Part shown: piece after piece, positions 5,496 to 6,785 of the stretch
Position numbering within the stretch: position 1 is the stretch's first letter
Layout of the letters: each line of letters begins with the position of its first letter
Origin: an uncultured Eubacteriales bacterium
GTDB lineage: Bacteria > Bacillota > Clostridia > TANB77 > RGIG9151
Direction: 5' to 3'
NCBI GenBank assembly: GCA_964640345.1
Contig: CAZXFU010000027.1
Span: 10,202-16,986, forward strand
Length of the DNA stretch: 6,785 bases
Notes under the pieces: generated by a model
The model's database searches: none
What the model was told of the DNA's origin: nothing
The model's input: only the letters and a program-made list of their open reading frames with translations
Position numbers and translations under genes: made by a program

Positions 5496-6785
5496 ATGGC
5501 AAAATGGGATTTAAAGAAAAATGAAAAAAGGATGAGCAGAAAGATGAAAAAAAATAAACAGAATAGAGACAGACGTCGTACCGGATGTTCCGTGATAATG
5601 ACTTTTTTACTTATAGGAATTTTTGCGGGAATTGGTGTTGCGATTGCTTTAATTATAGCTCTTGCGACAGACAGTCCTACTATTAATTTGGATGATTTTA
5701 CAATAAAAAATATATCCACTGTTTTTTATGATAAAGACGGTAAGGAAATGGATACGGCACATGGGGGAGAAAATAGGACTCTGTGTTCTCTTACCGAGAT
5801 ACCGGATTACTTGGTTGATGCGTTTATTTCAATAGAAGATGAGAGATTTTTAGAGCATAACGGAATTGATATAAAAAGAACTGTAGGTGCTATTTTTAGC
5901 TGGATAAAAACCGGTGGTAAGGGTACATACGGTGGCAGTACGATTACTCAGCAATTAGTTAAGAATATGACTCAGGATAATGCATCAAAGGGAATTAAGG
6001 GAGTATGCAGAAAGATCCGTGAGTGGGGAAGAGCTATAATGCTTGAGCGTGAACTTACAAAGGATCAGATAATGGAATTGTATCTTAATACTATATGTTT
6101 TGGTAATGCAACTTATGGCATTAAAGAAGCCTCTAATTTGTATTTTTCAAAAGAACCGAGTGAACTTACTTTAGCAGAATGTGCTTTGCTTGCGGGTATT
6201 ACAAACAGACCTACTTATTACGACCCTTTTACAAACCTTGATAATGCTAAGGCAAGGCAAAAAGTTATTCTAAAGAAAATGAATGAGCTTGGAAAGATTT
6301 CAGATTCTGAATACCAAGCAGCTTTAGATGAGGAAATTGTTATTAAAAGAGGCAGTGGCACAGGTACTTCCGGTCATTCGTATTTTATCGATGCGGTTAT
6401 AGAGGATGTTATAGCAGATTTAAAAGAAAAGAAAAATATGTCTGAAAAAGATGCTTCGAATTTAATATACGGTGGCGGACTAAAGATATATACAACAAGC
6501 GATTCTAAGGTACAGAGTGCTATTGATGAAATATATATTAATAAAGAAAGTGAGACATTTGCGGTATTTAAAAATCTTGAAAAACAGCCTGAGTCTGCAA
6601 TAGTTATTATAGATTACAAGACAGGTCATATTGTCGGAATGGCGGGAGGAAGAGGCGAGAAAACAGGTAAACGTGAGTTTAACAGAGCTACACAAGCTAA
6701 ACGTCAGCCGGGTTCTACTATAAAGCCTTTAGCTGTTTACGGTCCGGCAATTGAAGACGGAAAGATTACTGCAGCCACTATTAAT
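5496..6785 (+). CDS. Class A penicillin-binding protein (PBP1A family, bifunctional glycosyltransferase/transpeptidase), N-terminal 430 codons; 3' end outside the window
   Basis: My own translation: this frame (codon starts divisible by 3) is open from the TGA at 5487-5489 to the window end. It encodes a basic cytoplasmic tail and one TM segment (VIMTFLLIGIFAGIGVAIALIIALA). All five GT51 motifs are present: EDERFLEHNG, GGSTITQQLVKN, RKIREW, KDQIMELYLN and RQKVILKKM. A linker follows, then the transpeptidase SxxK motif STIK at 6714-6725. In-frame ATGs occur at 5496 (GGTGAT 5485-5490, about 5-6 nt spacer), 5532 and 5544, so the start is uncertain by up to 48 nt. Confidence 0.9.
   Translation, partial: MAKWDLKKNEKRMSRKMKKNKQNRDRRRTGCSVIMTFLLIGIFAGIGVAIALIIALATDSPTINLDDFTIKNISTVFYDKDGKEMDTAHGGENRTLCSLTEIPDYLVDAFISIEDERFLEHNGIDIKRTVGAIFSWIKTGGKGTYGGSTITQQLVKNMTQDNASKGIKGVCRKIREWGRAIMLERELTKDQIMELYLNTICFGNATYGIKEASNLYFSKEPSELTLAECALLAGITNRPTYYDPFTNLDNAKARQKVILKKMNELGKISDSEYQAALDEEIVIKRGSGTGTSGHSYFIDAVIEDVIADLKEKKNMSEKDASNLIYGGGLKIYTTSDSKVQSAIDEIYINKESETFAVFKNLEKQPESAIVIIDYKTGHIVGMAGGRGEKTGKREFNRATQAKRQPGSTIKPLAVYGPAIEDGKITAATIN

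Noticed and set aside
5450-5719. Minus-strand ORF, 89 aa
   Set aside because: It is antisense to the N-terminal tail and TM segment of the PBP gene. Its hydrophobic, Phe-rich translation is the mirror of a TM-coding region.
6480-6695. Minus-strand ORF, 71 aa
   Set aside because: It is antisense within the PBP linker and transpeptidase region, with no motifs or RBS.
1-6785. Looked for CRISPR repeats, IS or transposon ends, integrase or toxin-antitoxin-sized gene pairs, tRNA/rRNA, and defence-system-like genes
   Set aside because: None seen by eye. Every long ORF has a clear housekeeping family assignment, and the non-coding DNA is limited to two spacers (157 nt and 64 nt). A computational repeat search was not possible here.

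Overview
AT-rich window, probably from a low-GC Firmicute/Clostridia-like genome (taxon inferred from composition and AGGAGG-type ribosome-binding sites; G+C not computed). It holds six co-directional + strand genes, all housekeeping. I saw no RNA genes, CRISPR arrays, transposases or other mobile elements. The genes in order are: (1) the 3' two-thirds of rimO, cut by the left edge; (2) a 251-aa alpha/beta-fold hydrolase; (3) a 518-aa MurF-type Mur ligase with an unusual polytopic membrane N-terminus; (4) a long-form D-Ala--D-Ala ligase (ddl); (5) tsaD; (6) the 5' 430 codons of a class A (PBP1A-type) penicillin-binding protein, running off the right edge and absent from the supplied ORF track because it has no stop in the window. 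Genes 1-4 are packed with 0-19 nt spacers (one TAG|ATG junction) and are followed by the only convincing hairpin plus T-tract in the window, so they look like one operon. The most unusual item is the membrane-anchored MurF-like ligase, translationally coupled to the hydrolase and followed by a Ddl with an enlarged omega-loop region. This could be a dedicated stem-peptide-terminus module, or just a lineage-specific form of ordinary murF-ddl. I cannot distinguish these without database searches and the rest of the genome. Everything else looks ordinary.
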